From NCBI GenBank assembly GCA_041748855.1, contig JBGTCK010000038.1, positions 78,514 to 142,513 of the forward strand: DNA of 64,000 bases, read 5' to 3'. The notes beneath the pieces are model-generated. The model made no database searches. It was not told the DNA's origin and saw only the letters and a program-made list of their open reading frames with translations. A program made the translations under genes and the position numbers. Each line of letters begins with the position of its first letter. Position 1 is the stretch's first letter. Origin of the DNA: Acidimicrobiia bacterium (lineage in GTDB: Bacteria > Actinomycetota > Acidimicrobiia > Spongiisociales > ZC4RG35). This document shows positions 1 through 9,554 of this stretch, one piece after another.

Positions 1-273
1 GAAAACATGTCCTGGTTCACCGGTGACGATGGGACCCAATACGAGCTTTTCGGCTCCGGTGGGGGAGAGGCTCTCGCCGCCGAGTTGAAGGTCGATTTGA
101 TGGCCAGGATCCCGTTGCTTCCGGCGATGGGTCGTGGGGCAGATGTCGGTGAGCCCGTTGCGGTGGCAGCAGCCGGGACAGAGGCGGAAGAGTCTTTCGC
201 CAGGCTGGCCGATGCCGTCATCGAGAAACGCCCCCGGATCCGCACCAACCCGGCGTTGGTAATCAAGAATTGA
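1..273 (+). CDS. Mrp/ApbC-family Fe-S cluster carrier ATPase, C-terminal fragment (5' end outside window)
   Basis: The ORF enters from the window edge. The tail ENMSWF..ELFGSGGGEALA..IPLLP resembles the conserved C-terminal block of Mrp/ApbC/NBP35 P-loop ATPases. Confidence 0.7.
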   Translation, partial: ENMSWFTGDDGTQYELFGSGGGEALAAELKVDLMARIPLLPAMGRGADVGEPVAVAAAGTEAEESFARLADAVIEKRPRIRTNPALVIKN

Positions 274-1115
274 ACCCGGGTCTAACCCGCTTTCTCAGTT
301 CGCTAGCGGCCTGGGTGTTCGGTCTGGCAACGACCATCCTGCTGCTCTCATTCTGGGGTCGGGCGGTGGTAGTCGACACTGACGAATTGGCTGACAACCT
401 GGCCCCTATCAGCGAGAGCGAGGAGGTCACCGGAAGGTTTTCGGACTGGATGACCACCCAGCTCGTCGATACCGGGGTCCCTCCCGATGCGGCTGGAGAG
501 GCGGCCACACTATCCCTGTTCACGCCTGAGGTGAAACAAGCACTGGCGTCATTGGTCGGCGCGGTGGTCGATGCAGCAGCCGAACCCGGCTTCGGGGAGA
601 CTGCAGTCGACATGGCCTCGATTTTCGCCCCCGCGGTCCCCGCGATGACTGCCTCGCTCGGCTCCCAGGGGATACAGGTGCCCGAGGCTCAGGTTGCCGC
701 GATTGTCGGCGGCCTCGACCCGCTGGTGATTCGGGAGGCAGGCGAAGCGCCGTTGGTGGGCCCGGTTTCTCCGGTGGCAAGGCGCCTTGGCATCGCATCG
801 GTGCTAGCGCTGGGGACCCAGATTGTCTTCGGCGCCATCTATGTGCTCGTAGCCGACAACCGGATAGGGGCGATGCGCACTCTCTCGACCAGGCTGGCAC
901 TGGGTGCCTTGACCTTCGCGTTGTTGCTCAAGTTGGGCAGCTGGGTGCTCGATCCTGGTGGAGGCCGCGCTCCGGTGGCCGAGAGTGTTTCCGAGCTGGC
1001 CGATTCCAAGTGGCTCATCCCCGCATTCATCGGCGTGGCCGCTTCGTTCGTGGCGTTGTTCTTCTGGCTGGTCCGCTCCGCTAAACCGGTGGCAGCGAAC
1101 CCGCCCACAGTCTGA
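270..1115 (+). CDS. hypothetical polytopic membrane protein
   Basis: 281-aa ORF overlapping the upstream stop by 4 nt. It has several hydrophobic helices (LAAWVFGLATTILLLSFW, LGALTFALLLKLGSWVL, IPAFIGVAASFVALFFWLV). No family recognised. Confidence 0.6.
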   Translation: MNPGLTRFLSSLAAWVFGLATTILLLSFWGRAVVVDTDELADNLAPISESEEVTGRFSDWMTTQLVDTGVPPDAAGEAATLSLFTPEVKQALASLVGAVVDAAAEPGFGETAVDMASIFAPAVPAMTASLGSQGIQVPEAQVAAIVGGLDPLVIREAGEAPLVGPVSPVARRLGIASVLALGTQIVFGAIYVLVADNRIGAMRTLSTRLALGALTFALLLKLGSWVLDPGGGRAPVAESVSELADSKWLIPAFIGVAASFVALFFWLVRSAKPVAANPPTV

Positions 1116-1467
1116 GCAGCCAGACCACTAGGAGGCTGACACCGGTTCCGATGAGGATGGCATTGGTGATCCTCGTCGATAGCGGCTTCACGGTTTTGGA
1201 GCGACTCAACATCCACCAACCCCACCCGGCAAGCGCCTGGACCGCGATCAGCATCACCAGCGGGTGATAGCGGAGGGCGGAAGAGAGGTCGCCCCGAATC
1301 AGGTACCCGGCTGCACGGGTCATCCCGCAACCAGGACAGGCAGTTCCGGTCATCAGGGCGAACGGGCAGATGGTGGGGCCGTCATCAACAGTTGGCACTA
1401 TCGCCAGCAACCCGGCCGCTAGAAGCGGAGCGGCCAGCAAAAGTCGGTTGCGCCAAACGGATGTCAT
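1081..1467 (-). CDS. DUF2752 domain-containing membrane protein
   Basis: CPFALMTGTACPGCGMTRA is the hallmark CxxC motif of DUF2752, and the protein has 4 predicted TM helices. Confidence 0.7.
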   Translation of the reverse strand: MTSVWRNRLLLAAPLLAAGLLAIVPTVDDGPTICPFALMTGTACPGCGMTRAAGYLIRGDLSSALRYHPLVMLIAVQALAGWGWWMLSRSKTVKPLSTRITNAILIGTGVSLLVVWLLRLWAGSLPPV

Positions 1468-1473
1468 CGCTTC

Positions 1474-1785
1474 CTAGAGGCTATCGAATGCGGTGAGGGA
1501 GACGCCGGCCACGAACAGCAAAGCGAACGCCACAGCTCCGATGACCCATAGCGCTACGGACACGATTCCCAGGATCTTGCCTGCATTGGCAGAGCCCCGG
1601 TTCTCGGGGTTCCTCCGTCCGGCATCGATGGCCTCGAGTTCTCGGTTGCCCATCACCCAGGCCGCAATGCCAAAGGGAACACAGCAGATAACGCCGAGGA
1701 TCCCCAACACGAGGATGGTCGTTGCCTGGCTCTGTTCCGGATACGCGCTCGACTGTGGAAATGTCATGACGGCGATCCTAAACAC
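1474..1785 (-). CDS. DUF4190-like small membrane protein
   Basis: 103 aa with two TM segments flanking GNRELEAIDAGRRNPENRGSANAGKILG, which is typical of DUF4190. It sits adjacent to DUF2752 on the same strand. Confidence 0.6.
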   Translation of the reverse strand: MFRIAVMTFPQSSAYPEQSQATTILVLGILGVICCVPFGIAAWVMGNRELEAIDAGRRNPENRGSANAGKILGIVSVALWVIGAVAFALLFVAGVSLTAFDSL

Positions 1786-1802
1786 GAGTCGGGAGGGAAG
1801 GG

Positions 1803-3077
1803 TTACAAACCGACTTTGTCGAGGGTCCGGTAAAGGAGGGAGGCGGGGTTGAGGAACCAGGGGTGGCCCCGGTAGTAGAAGCGCCCGTTGTGGGGGATCT
1901 TTGCAAATGGGCTGGTGGGCTCGTCACCGAGCAGCATCCCGGCGAGGTCGTGGCCGAGGAGGGTGGAGAGCCCGACTCCATGGCCCGCATAACCCATGGC
2001 GTACCAGGCTCCTTCGACATTCCCGATGTGGGGGATGAGATCGAAAGGGACTCCGAGTTTCCCGCCCCAGACGTGGCTGACTCCGGCGTCTCCGAGTTGG
2101 GGAAAGTAGCGAATGAGGCTGCTATGAAGGTCAGCTGCGCTGTCTTCCAGGGGCAGGTCGGTCTTCAGATTTCTCCTTCCCCCGATCAGGATCCGGTTAT
2201 CGGGGGTGCGTCGCATGTAATGGAGAAGCCGTCGTTTGGTGAAGGTCATCGCGTTGGCGGGGAAAACCGAAGCTGCCACGGCTTCCCCGAGGGGCTCGGT
2301 GACAATGATGTATGAGCCGATCGGCACCACCCGATTGCGAAGCTCAGCGATGGGGCGGCGCGTTGTATATCCGTTGGTTGCCACGACTACCCCTCCGGAA
2401 CGCACGGTCCCCTTTGCGGTTGTCACCTCGAAGCCCGGGCCCGATCGCTGAATTGCCTCGACCTCGCAGTCCGCGACCAAAAGGCCGCCCTGATCGGTCA
2501 CGGCCTGTGCCATGCCGAAGGAGAACCGGGCGGGTTGGATCCCGTAACCCTCGGGTTCGAAGAGTGCAGCTGTGAAGGCGTCTGAGCCTGCGATCTCACC
2601 TACCCGGTCCGGTCCCAACACCTCCCAATCGACCCCATAGCGGTCCCGATACCAAGCGGCGGTCTCGATAAACTTGGTTGCATCGCGCTGGTCCAAGCCC
2701 AGGGCTGCCATCCCGCTCTGGTTGACCTTGACGTCGATGTGGTTCTCCCGGCATAGCTCGAGGACGATCTCGATCGACCGCACTGTTGCGTGCCAGATTT
2801 CGTCGGCGATCTGCCGGCCATGAGACCCCTCCACAGCCCGCATCCCCGCCTTCACGTCGGGGGAGACCATGCCGCCGTTTATCGCAGACGCACCACCTGC
2901 AATCTCGCCGCTGTCGAGAACTACAACCGACTGCCCGCCACGGGCGAGCCGGAGCCCGGCGGATAGCCCGGTGAGCCCGGAACCGACGACCAGGTAGTCG
3001 GCTTCGGAAGGAATATCAGATTTGCCGAGGTCGGAGGGACGCGGATGGTCGTCGATCCAGAAGGGCCGCTGGATCAC
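1803..3077 (-). CDS. FAD-dependent oxidoreductase (DAO family, gamma-glutamylputrescine-oxidase-like)
   Basis: N-terminal dinucleotide-binding motif DYLVVGSGLTGLSAGLRLARGG. Length 424 aa. Its start overlaps the stop of the aminotransferase gene just upstream on the minus strand by 4 nt. Confidence 0.8.
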   Translation of the reverse strand: MIQRPFWIDDHPRPSDLGKSDIPSEADYLVVGSGLTGLSAGLRLARGGQSVVVLDSGEIAGGASAINGGMVSPDVKAGMRAVEGSHGRQIADEIWHATVRSIEIVLELCRENHIDVKVNQSGMAALGLDQRDATKFIETAAWYRDRYGVDWEVLGPDRVGEIAGSDAFTAALFEPEGYGIQPARFSFGMAQAVTDQGGLLVADCEVEAIQRSGPGFEVTTAKGTVRSGGVVVATNGYTTRRPIAELRNRVVPIGSYIIVTEPLGEAVAASVFPANAMTFTKRRLLHYMRRTPDNRILIGGRRNLKTDLPLEDSAADLHSSLIRYFPQLGDAGVSHVWGGKLGVPFDLIPHIGNVEGAWYAMGYAGHGVGLSTLLGHDLAGMLLGDEPTSPFAKIPHNGRFYYRGHPWFLNPASLLYRTLDKVGL

Positions 3078-4312
3078 AGAATGTTGAGGCCTGTCTGGAA
3101 CAAGGCGGCCATCTCGGCGACCTCATCCGGGGTCATGGTCAGCGGCGGTGACACCTGAAGCCCTCCTCCGCCGACAGCTCTGCTGAGCACGCCGGCTTCC
3201 CGGCACGCTGCTGCTGCCCGCGAGGGCAAGGTGTCGTCATCACCCACTTTGAGCTGGATCGCAGCGAGGGCACCAACGCCGCGGCGGACATGGTCGACAA
3301 CCTCGAGCTCTTCGAGCGGGAGGAGAGCGTCGTAGATCTCGCCTTCGAGGGCAGCTGCTCTCGCGATCAGCCCTTCGCGTTCGATGATCTCCATCACCTT
3401 CAAGGCGGCTACGCATGCAACGGCATGGCCCGAGTAGGTGTAGCCGTGCCGGAAGATCAAGCCTGGCTCGGTGAAGAAGGGGTCGGCAATTCTCGGGCTG
3501 GCGATGACCCCGCCGAGAGGGGCGTAGCCGCAGGTGACTCCTTTGGCGAACGTGATCAGGTCAGGATCGAGGTCGAACAGGTTGGCGGCGAACCAGTCGC
3601 CGACGCGGCCGAAGCCGGTGATGACTTCGTCGGAGATGTAGAGACCTCCGGCGCTACGGATCGACTCGCGGACCTGTCGGAGGTAGTCGGTTGAAACCGG
3701 CCGGATCCCCCCGGCACCGATGACCGCTTCGACGAAGATGCCGGCAATGCGGTCTGCGCCGGCGTGTTCGATGGCCTTGTCCACCGCATCGGCGTCGTCG
3801 TGAGGGACCATGACGACATCGGTGACTAGATCGCCGCCGTAGCCAAGCCGATTCGGTTCCATGCCCCCGAGCGAAGTTCCGTAGGTGTGCATGCCGTGAT
3901 AGGCCCACTCCCGGGCGATGAAGACGGTTCGCTCGGGCTCACCAACCGCGGAGAAGTAACGACGCGCCAGCTTCGCCGCGGTGTCGATGGCGTCGGAGCC
4001 ACCCGAACCGAAGAAGACTTTCGAGCCCTGGTCGGGCGAAACGGCCGCAATGCGCTCGGCAAGTTCGATGGGGGGACGGGTCCCATAGTCGATGAATGTG
4101 TGGAACGCGGGCAGCTTTCTGGCCTGCTCTGTCATGGCGTCCACGATTTCGTCCCGGCCATAACCGACGTTCATGTACCAGAGCGAGGCGGCGGCGTCGA
4201 GGTAACGATTCCCGTCTTCGTCGAAGACGTAGATGCCTTCGCCGCGGTCGACGATGAATGGACTGTCCTTGACCTTGGCCATCTCGGCGAAGGGGTGCCA
4301 GTAAGCAGACAT
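3074..4312 (-). CDS. class III (omega) aminotransferase, PLP-dependent
   Basis: Motifs GSGGSDAIDTA, SDEVITGFGRVG and TFAKGVTCGYAPLGG (PLP lysine) are typical of amine:pyruvate/2-oxoglutarate aminotransferases. It is divergent from potABCD. Confidence 0.85.
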   Translation of the reverse strand: MSAYWHPFAEMAKVKDSPFIVDRGEGIYVFDEDGNRYLDAAASLWYMNVGYGRDEIVDAMTEQARKLPAFHTFIDYGTRPPIELAERIAAVSPDQGSKVFFGSGGSDAIDTAAKLARRYFSAVGEPERTVFIAREWAYHGMHTYGTSLGGMEPNRLGYGGDLVTDVVMVPHDDADAVDKAIEHAGADRIAGIFVEAVIGAGGIRPVSTDYLRQVRESIRSAGGLYISDEVITGFGRVGDWFAANLFDLDPDLITFAKGVTCGYAPLGGVIASPRIADPFFTEPGLIFRHGYTYSGHAVACVAALKVMEIIEREGLIARAAALEGEIYDALLPLEELEVVDHVRRGVGALAAIQLKVGDDDTLPSRAAAACREAGVLSRAVGGGGLQVSPPLTMTPDEVAEMAALFQTGLNIL

Positions 4313-4442
4313 GGCGCGGAGGGTAGCGGCGATCAGGTTGGTTCGGTGCCGCCCGCTCCCCGTTTGTGCCGGTATGCTCCCCGCTCACGCTGGTGGCTGC
4401 GGTAGGTCCGTCAGGCATCAGTCTTTGTGTCAGGAGGAGAGA

Positions 4443-5516
4443 ATGGCCCTTCCGGCGGTTGAACTGGTAGGAGTATCGAAGAGGTTCGGCGACGATGTTG
4501 TTGCTGTCGACGGTATCGACCTCGTCGTCGACGACGGGGAGTTTTTCTCCCTGCTTGGCCCATCCGGTTGTGGAAAGACCACCACCCTGCGGATGATCGC
4601 CGGATTCGAATATCCGACGTCGGGCTCGATCCGCATCCACGGCGAGGAGATGGGACTCCGCCCTCCCAACCAACGACCGGTCAACACCGTGTTCCAGTCC
4701 TACGCCCTCTTTCCGCACATGACCGTCGCAGAGAATGTCGCGTTTGGCCTGCAGATGAAAAAGGTCCCGAAGAATGAGATCGCCGGGATGGTAAAGCGGG
4801 TTCTCGACCAGGTGCAACTGGGCAAGCGCGCCGATGCCAAGCCGAAACAACTCTCAGGTGGAATGCAACAGCGTGTCGCCCTGGCTCGTGCATTGGTGAA
4901 CGAGCCTGAGGTTTTGCTCCTCGATGAGCCACTTGGCGCCCTCGACCTCAAATTGCGCCAGGCGATGCAGGTGGAGTTGAAGGAACTCCAGACCCGGGTC
5001 GGGATCACATTCATCTACGTGACTCACGACCAGGAAGAAGCTCTGACCATGTCCGATCGGATCGGGGTGATGAACGAAGGTAGGTTGCTCCAGGTCGGTC
5101 CCTCGGAGGAGATCTACGAACGGCCAACCTCGCGATTCGTCGCTGATTTCATCGGCGAGATCAACCTGATTCCCGTCACTGTGGCGGAAAAGGGACGGAT
5201 CAGGTTGTCGAACGGGCAGGAATTCGCCATCTCGACGGAGGGAATTGGGGAGGCCACGCCAACGCTGACGATAAGACCGGAACGTTTATCCCTCTACGAC
5301 CTGGACGAGCCGATACCTGACGGGTACCACAAGGTCAAGGTGAATGTCACCCGTCGGATGTACCACGGGGATGTCTACTACTACGGAGTCGACGCCGGGG
5401 TGGGTGTCACGATCGACGTCAAAGAGGAGAATCGTCCTTCCGTGGAGCGATACGAAATCGGGGAAGAGGCGTATGTGGTCTGGCATCCCGATGCTGCAAC
5501 TTTGGTCGCCGGCTGA
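4443..5516 (+). CDS. potA: spermidine/putrescine ABC transporter ATP-binding protein
   Basis: Walker A GPSGCGKTT, signature LSGGMQQRVALARAL, Walker B LLLDEPL and a C-terminal TOBE-like region. The start was moved to the ATG at 4443, which is preceded by AGGAGGAG; the 5' extension of the tracked ORF looks non-coding. Confidence 0.85.
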   Translation: MALPAVELVGVSKRFGDDVVAVDGIDLVVDDGEFFSLLGPSGCGKTTTLRMIAGFEYPTSGSIRIHGEEMGLRPPNQRPVNTVFQSYALFPHMTVAENVAFGLQMKKVPKNEIAGMVKRVLDQVQLGKRADAKPKQLSGGMQQRVALARALVNEPEVLLLDEPLGALDLKLRQAMQVELKELQTRVGITFIYVTHDQEEALTMSDRIGVMNEGRLLQVGPSEEIYERPTSRFVADFIGEINLIPVTVAEKGRIRLSNGQEFAISTEGIGEATPTLTIRPERLSLYDLDEPIPDGYHKVKVNVTRRMYHGDVYYYGVDAGVGVTIDVKEENRPSVERYEIGEEAYVVWHPDAATLVAG

Positions 5517-6391
5517 TGACCCAACAGGCCACTCCTGAATTGGAGGCCGCCGCCGAACGGGCCAAAGGGTGGCGAGGGTTCCGGATTGCGTTGCCGGCAT
5601 ACCTCTATCTGGTCGTCTTCTTCGTGGTCCCCTTGTTGTTGGTGCTGGTCTACTCATTTGCAAGCAGGTCGTCCACAGGCCTGACAGTCCTCGCAGACTG
5701 GAATCTCGACTCCTACGCCCGGTTGTTCTCCACCGAGGTGGGGCGGATTTTTCTCCGTTCTCTATTGCTCGCTCTGACGACAACGGCGATCTGCCTGGTG
5801 GTTTGTTACCCATTCGCCTATTTCATCGCCACCAGAGGGCCGACGCTCCGCAATGTACTTCTCGTCCTGGTGATGATCCCGTTCTGGTCCAACTTCCTGG
5901 TGCGGACTTATGCATGGCGATTCATCCTCGGCTCCGATGGCATCGTCAGCCAGATCAGCCAGGCATTTGGGGGGGAGCCGATCCGCCTGCTCTTCACAAA
6001 CACAGCGGTCCTCATCGGGATGGTCTACGGGTTCATGCCGTTCATGGTGTTGCCCTTGTATGCCGCGATCGAAAGGCTCGACTGGAACCTCGTTGATGCA
6101 GCGCGGGATCTCTACGCCTCGGGTTGGGAGGCGTTCCGCAAGGTCACCTTGCCGCTGTCGATGCCGGGAGTGGTCGCCGGGTCGATACTGGTTTTCATCC
6201 CATCTCTGGGTGCCTACGTCACTCCTGCCATTCTCGGTGGGGCGAGGACGACGCTGATGGGTGACTACATCGTCGGCCAGTTCCTCTCCGCGAGAAACTG
6301 GCCGTTCGGTTCGGCACTATCCATTGCCCTGATGGCGCTCATGCTCATAGCCACCCTCATCTACTTCCGATCCGGGGCGAGGAACGTATGA
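5516..6391 (+). CDS. potB: polyamine ABC transporter permease
   Basis: 6-TM permease with an EAA-like loop (DAARDLYASGWEAFRKVTLPL). Its start overlaps the potA stop. Confidence 0.8.
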   Translation: MTQQATPELEAAAERAKGWRGFRIALPAYLYLVVFFVVPLLLVLVYSFASRSSTGLTVLADWNLDSYARLFSTEVGRIFLRSLLLALTTTAICLVVCYPFAYFIATRGPTLRNVLLVLVMIPFWSNFLVRTYAWRFILGSDGIVSQISQAFGGEPIRLLFTNTAVLIGMVYGFMPFMVLPLYAAIERLDWNLVDAARDLYASGWEAFRKVTLPLSMPGVVAGSILVFIPSLGAYVTPAILGGARTTLMGDYIVGQFLSARNWPFGSALSIALMALMLIATLIYFRSGARNV

Positions 6392-7278
6392 GCGAGAAGG
6401 GCCGGCGCTCTCCGATCGACCGATTGCTCGCCGTCAATGCATGGGTGATCTATGTCTTCTTCTACGCCCCGATCGCGCTGCTCATCGTTTTCAGCTTCAA
6501 CGACAACGACAACGTGTCGATCTGGACCGAACCGTCACTCCGGTGGTATCGGGCGATGCTCGAGGACGATCGGATTCTCGGAGCATTGCGGAACTCCCTG
6601 ATCGTTGCCTTTGCGTCGACGATCGTCGCCACCATCATCGGGACGATGCTCGCTATCGCCCTCGAGCGGTATCGCTTCCGGGGCCACGGTGCTCTCGACG
6701 GCATCGCCTATATGCCGATAATCATCCCTGACGTGACCATGGGGGTGATGCTCCTCATCTTCTTCTTCCAGGCGATAGGCGTTATCGAAGAGATCTTCGG
6801 TGCCACTTTCCGAACCGGCTTGGGCACGATCACACTCGCTCACATCGCCTTCAACATCTCTTTCGTGGCCATCGTGGTCAGAGCCCGACTTGCCCAGTTC
6901 GACAACTCACTCGAGGAAGCGGCTTCCGACCTGTATGCATCGCGGTGGGCGACCTTCCGCCGGGTCACCCTGCCACTCATAGCTCCTGGTGTCGCCGGCG
7001 GGGCATTGCTGGCTCTGACCCTCTCGCTGGATGATGTGGTGGTCACCCAGTTCGTCTCCGGCCAGGGCTCGACCACCCTCCCGGTATACGTTTTCGGGCT
7101 CGTTCGCCGCGGGGTTACTCCTTTGATCAATGCCGTGAGCACCGTGATGCTCCTCGCCTCAATGCTTCTCGTGGCCTTTTCTCTCGGACTGCAGAGGTCC
7201 CGAACGCGTGCCGTCGAGGAAGAAGACGATTTAAGTGATTTCGTCCCTGGAAGCTCCCAAGGTACAAAAACCGGATAA
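6388..7278 (+). CDS. potC: polyamine ABC transporter permease
   Basis: Second permease with the loop EEAASDLYASRWATFRRVTLPL. It overlaps potB by 4 nt. Confidence 0.8.
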   Translation: MSEKGRRSPIDRLLAVNAWVIYVFFYAPIALLIVFSFNDNDNVSIWTEPSLRWYRAMLEDDRILGALRNSLIVAFASTIVATIIGTMLAIALERYRFRGHGALDGIAYMPIIIPDVTMGVMLLIFFFQAIGVIEEIFGATFRTGLGTITLAHIAFNISFVAIVVRARLAQFDNSLEEAASDLYASRWATFRRVTLPLIAPGVAGGALLALTLSLDDVVVTQFVSGQGSTTLPVYVFGLVRRGVTPLINAVSTVMLLASMLLVAFSLGLQRSRTRAVEEEDDLSDFVPGSSQGTKTG

Positions 7279-7325
7279 CCTGCTCAGGGTCGCTTTGAAG
7301 AGTTGATCTTCACTCAGGAGGAAAA

Positions 7326-8456
7326 ATGAAGAGAATGACAAAAATGCTATCGCTGCTCGCCGTGTTGGCGATGGTGCTGGCTGCATGCGGCGATTCCGAC
7401 CAGGAGTCGACGACTACGGCCGCCGAAGCGCCCGACAACGGTGGTTCGGAGACCGCATGTGCGGTCGACGAGGTCGACGGGGACCTCAGTTTCTACAACT
7501 GGACGGAGTACATGGACCCCGACCTGATCGCAGCCTTCGAAGAGGAGTATGGGGTTGACGTTATCGAGGACTTCTATGACTCGAACGAGGCCATGCTCGC
7601 CCAACTGCAAGCCGGGGCTACCTACGACGTGATCGTGCCCTCCGACTACATGGTCGGGATCATGATCGAAGAAGGACTCCTGCTGCCCCTCACCGATGAA
7701 GCGATCCCGAATCGCGCCAATCTCGCTGAAGAGTTCGTCAACCCTCCCTACGACTCGACTGGTGAGTACACGGTTGCATATCAATGGGGAACCACCGGGC
7801 TCGGTGTCAACGTATCGATCGTCGGTGAGGACTTCGAACCGAGCTGGGGGCTCGTTTTCGACACCAGCTTGACAGACGGCTACGCCGGCGGAGTCTCGCT
7901 GCTAAACGACCCCCGGGAAACCATGGGTGCGGCGCTCAAGTACCTCGGCTACTCCCTCAACTCGACCAGTGAAGCCGAATTGCAGGAGGCCGCGGACTTG
8001 ATTGCGGAAGCCAAGGCCAATATCACCGCCTTCGACTCCGACCAGTACGCAGTCAATCTCGTCAACGGTGAGACTGCCGTTGCACACGGTTATTCGGGTG
8101 GCTTCTTCAGCGCTTTTGCAGACACCGATGACGCGGACAACTGGGCCTATGTGATCCCCGAGGAGGGAGGGACGGTTTGGGTGGACAACATGGCGATTCC
8201 GGCAGTGGCCGAGAGCCCATGCACCGCTCACACCTTCATCAACTTCCTGCTCGATGCCGAGAACGGTGCAGCGTTGACCAACTGGAACTACTACGCCAGC
8301 CCCAACGAGGCCGCTGAGGAGTTCATCGACGAGGAAGTGCTCGGCGATGACACCATCTACCCGTCCGACGAGTTGATGGCGGACCTCGAGATCATCACAG
8401 ACACCGGGGACTTCGAGATCAACTTCAACGACTTCTACCAGCAAGCCCGCAGCTAG
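7326..8456 (+). CDS. potD: polyamine (spermidine/putrescine) ABC transporter substrate-binding lipoprotein
   Basis: Lipobox LAACGD and a PotD/PotF-like body (FYNWTEYMDPDLI, YDVIVPSDYM, YQWGTTG). An RBS AGGAGGA lies upstream. Confidence 0.8.
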   Translation: MKRMTKMLSLLAVLAMVLAACGDSDQESTTTAAEAPDNGGSETACAVDEVDGDLSFYNWTEYMDPDLIAAFEEEYGVDVIEDFYDSNEAMLAQLQAGATYDVIVPSDYMVGIMIEEGLLLPLTDEAIPNRANLAEEFVNPPYDSTGEYTVAYQWGTTGLGVNVSIVGEDFEPSWGLVFDTSLTDGYAGGVSLLNDPRETMGAALKYLGYSLNSTSEAELQEAADLIAEAKANITAFDSDQYAVNLVNGETAVAHGYSGGFFSAFADTDDADNWAYVIPEEGGTVWVDNMAIPAVAESPCTAHTFINFLLDAENGAALTNWNYYASPNEAAEEFIDEEVLGDDTIYPSDELMADLEIITDTGDFEINFNDFYQQARS

Positions 8457-8463
8457 CTGCGGT

Positions 8464-8496
8464 CAGACGGGGCGGTGGTATTCACCGCCCCGTCTG
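8464..8496. terminator. GC-rich hairpin between convergent potD and the DUF4349 gene
   Basis: cagacggggcggtg-gtat-t-caccgccccgtctg forms a perfect 14-bp stem, 7 nt after the potD stop. Confidence 0.5.
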
Positions 8497-8500
8497 CTTG

Positions 8501-9472
8501 CTACTCGCCAGTAGCCAGAGGGACGGATGGCCCTGACGCCACCATGACGCTGCGCCGCGACTTCCACGCCCGATAGGCGCCATACAAGACAACTCCGGGC
8601 ACGCCCATAACGATGAGGAGCATCGGGAGTACCGCTATCACAAACGTGATCGATGTGTCGAGAAGGCCCTGCAAGCCGGAGATGAGATCTCTGCTGGCGT
8701 CGCGGAATGTGTTGATCGGGGCCCAGTTCTCCTCAACGATCGGAACCGCTGCGGGTGTGGGTTCGATACTCATGGTGACCGTCGCCAGGTCGACGGCGTC
8801 GTTGAGGTAGTTCAGCTGCCCCTGGATCTGTTCGATCTGTGATCGGGTGTTGGAGATCTCGGTAAACACTCTCAGCAACTTGTCAGGGTCGGCATCCGGT
8901 TGTGCTCGCACTTCTTCGAGGAGCGCTCGCAGCTCCGTCTCGAGGGCCGTCAGGTTGGTCAGTTGGGCTTCGAGGTCGATGAAGCTCTCGGTCACATCGT
9001 CGGCGCCCTGGGACTCGGCGAGCACCTCTTCAGCACTGTCCCGGAAGCCCTCGAGGGTGTCACTCAGGTTTGCCGAAGGTACGCGCACGGTGATCCTCAC
9101 AAAGGGTTGCCCCCCGTCTCCGGTTGGGCTCACCTCTGCGGCGGCAACAAACCCCCCGTTCTGCTCGGCTATCGCTGCGATGGCTTCGTATGCCGCTCTT
9201 GTGTCGTCGGCGGCCAACTGCAGGGACACGCTGCGGATCACCCTGCGGTCGGTGGTTACTGCGATGTCAAAAGTCAATTTCTCACCCGAGGCGTCTCTCC
9301 CCTCGTCGGAATCCATCGGATCGACCGCCGGAGTGTTGTTGCCGTAGAGCGCCGGCGCCGCTTGGCTCCCGTTTCCAGTGTCCCCAATCGTCTCCGCCGC
9401 GTCGCCTCCTCCACATGCGGCGAGCAAGAATCCCAGCACCCCAATCAAGACAATCTCTCGTCTCATTTCCAT
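8501..9472 (-). CDS. DUF4349 domain-containing lipoprotein
   Basis: Lipobox LLAACGGG, a central coiled-coil (LEAQLTNLTALETELRALLEEV) and C-terminal TM helices, which is the DUF4349 architecture. Confidence 0.65.
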   Translation of the reverse strand: MEMRREIVLIGVLGFLLAACGGGDAAETIGDTGNGSQAAPALYGNNTPAVDPMDSDEGRDASGEKLTFDIAVTTDRRVIRSVSLQLAADDTRAAYEAIAAIAEQNGGFVAAAEVSPTGDGGQPFVRITVRVPSANLSDTLEGFRDSAEEVLAESQGADDVTESFIDLEAQLTNLTALETELRALLEEVRAQPDADPDKLLRVFTEISNTRSQIEQIQGQLNYLNDAVDLATVTMSIEPTPAAVPIVEENWAPINTFRDASRDLISGLQGLLDTSITFVIAVLPMLLIVMGVPGVVLYGAYRAWKSRRSVMVASGPSVPLATGE

Positions 9473-9554
9473 CTCCTACTCATTTTGGCCGGCTTTCGCC
9501 GGGTTGAGGCTTGGACGGACAGTCACTTCTCCCGGTTCCCGGTAACGTTGCGGC

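Noticed and set aside
3939-4850. Long ORFs antisense to, or in alternate frames of, confidently called genes (for example 3939-4850, 18558-19862, 20331-21647, 34535-35359, 35652-36305, 36488-37234, 43291-43944, 43947-44540).
   Set aside because: These are typical high-GC shadow ORFs. Their translations are Arg/Pro/Gly/Ser-rich with no motifs, and each fully overlaps a gene with strong family signatures.
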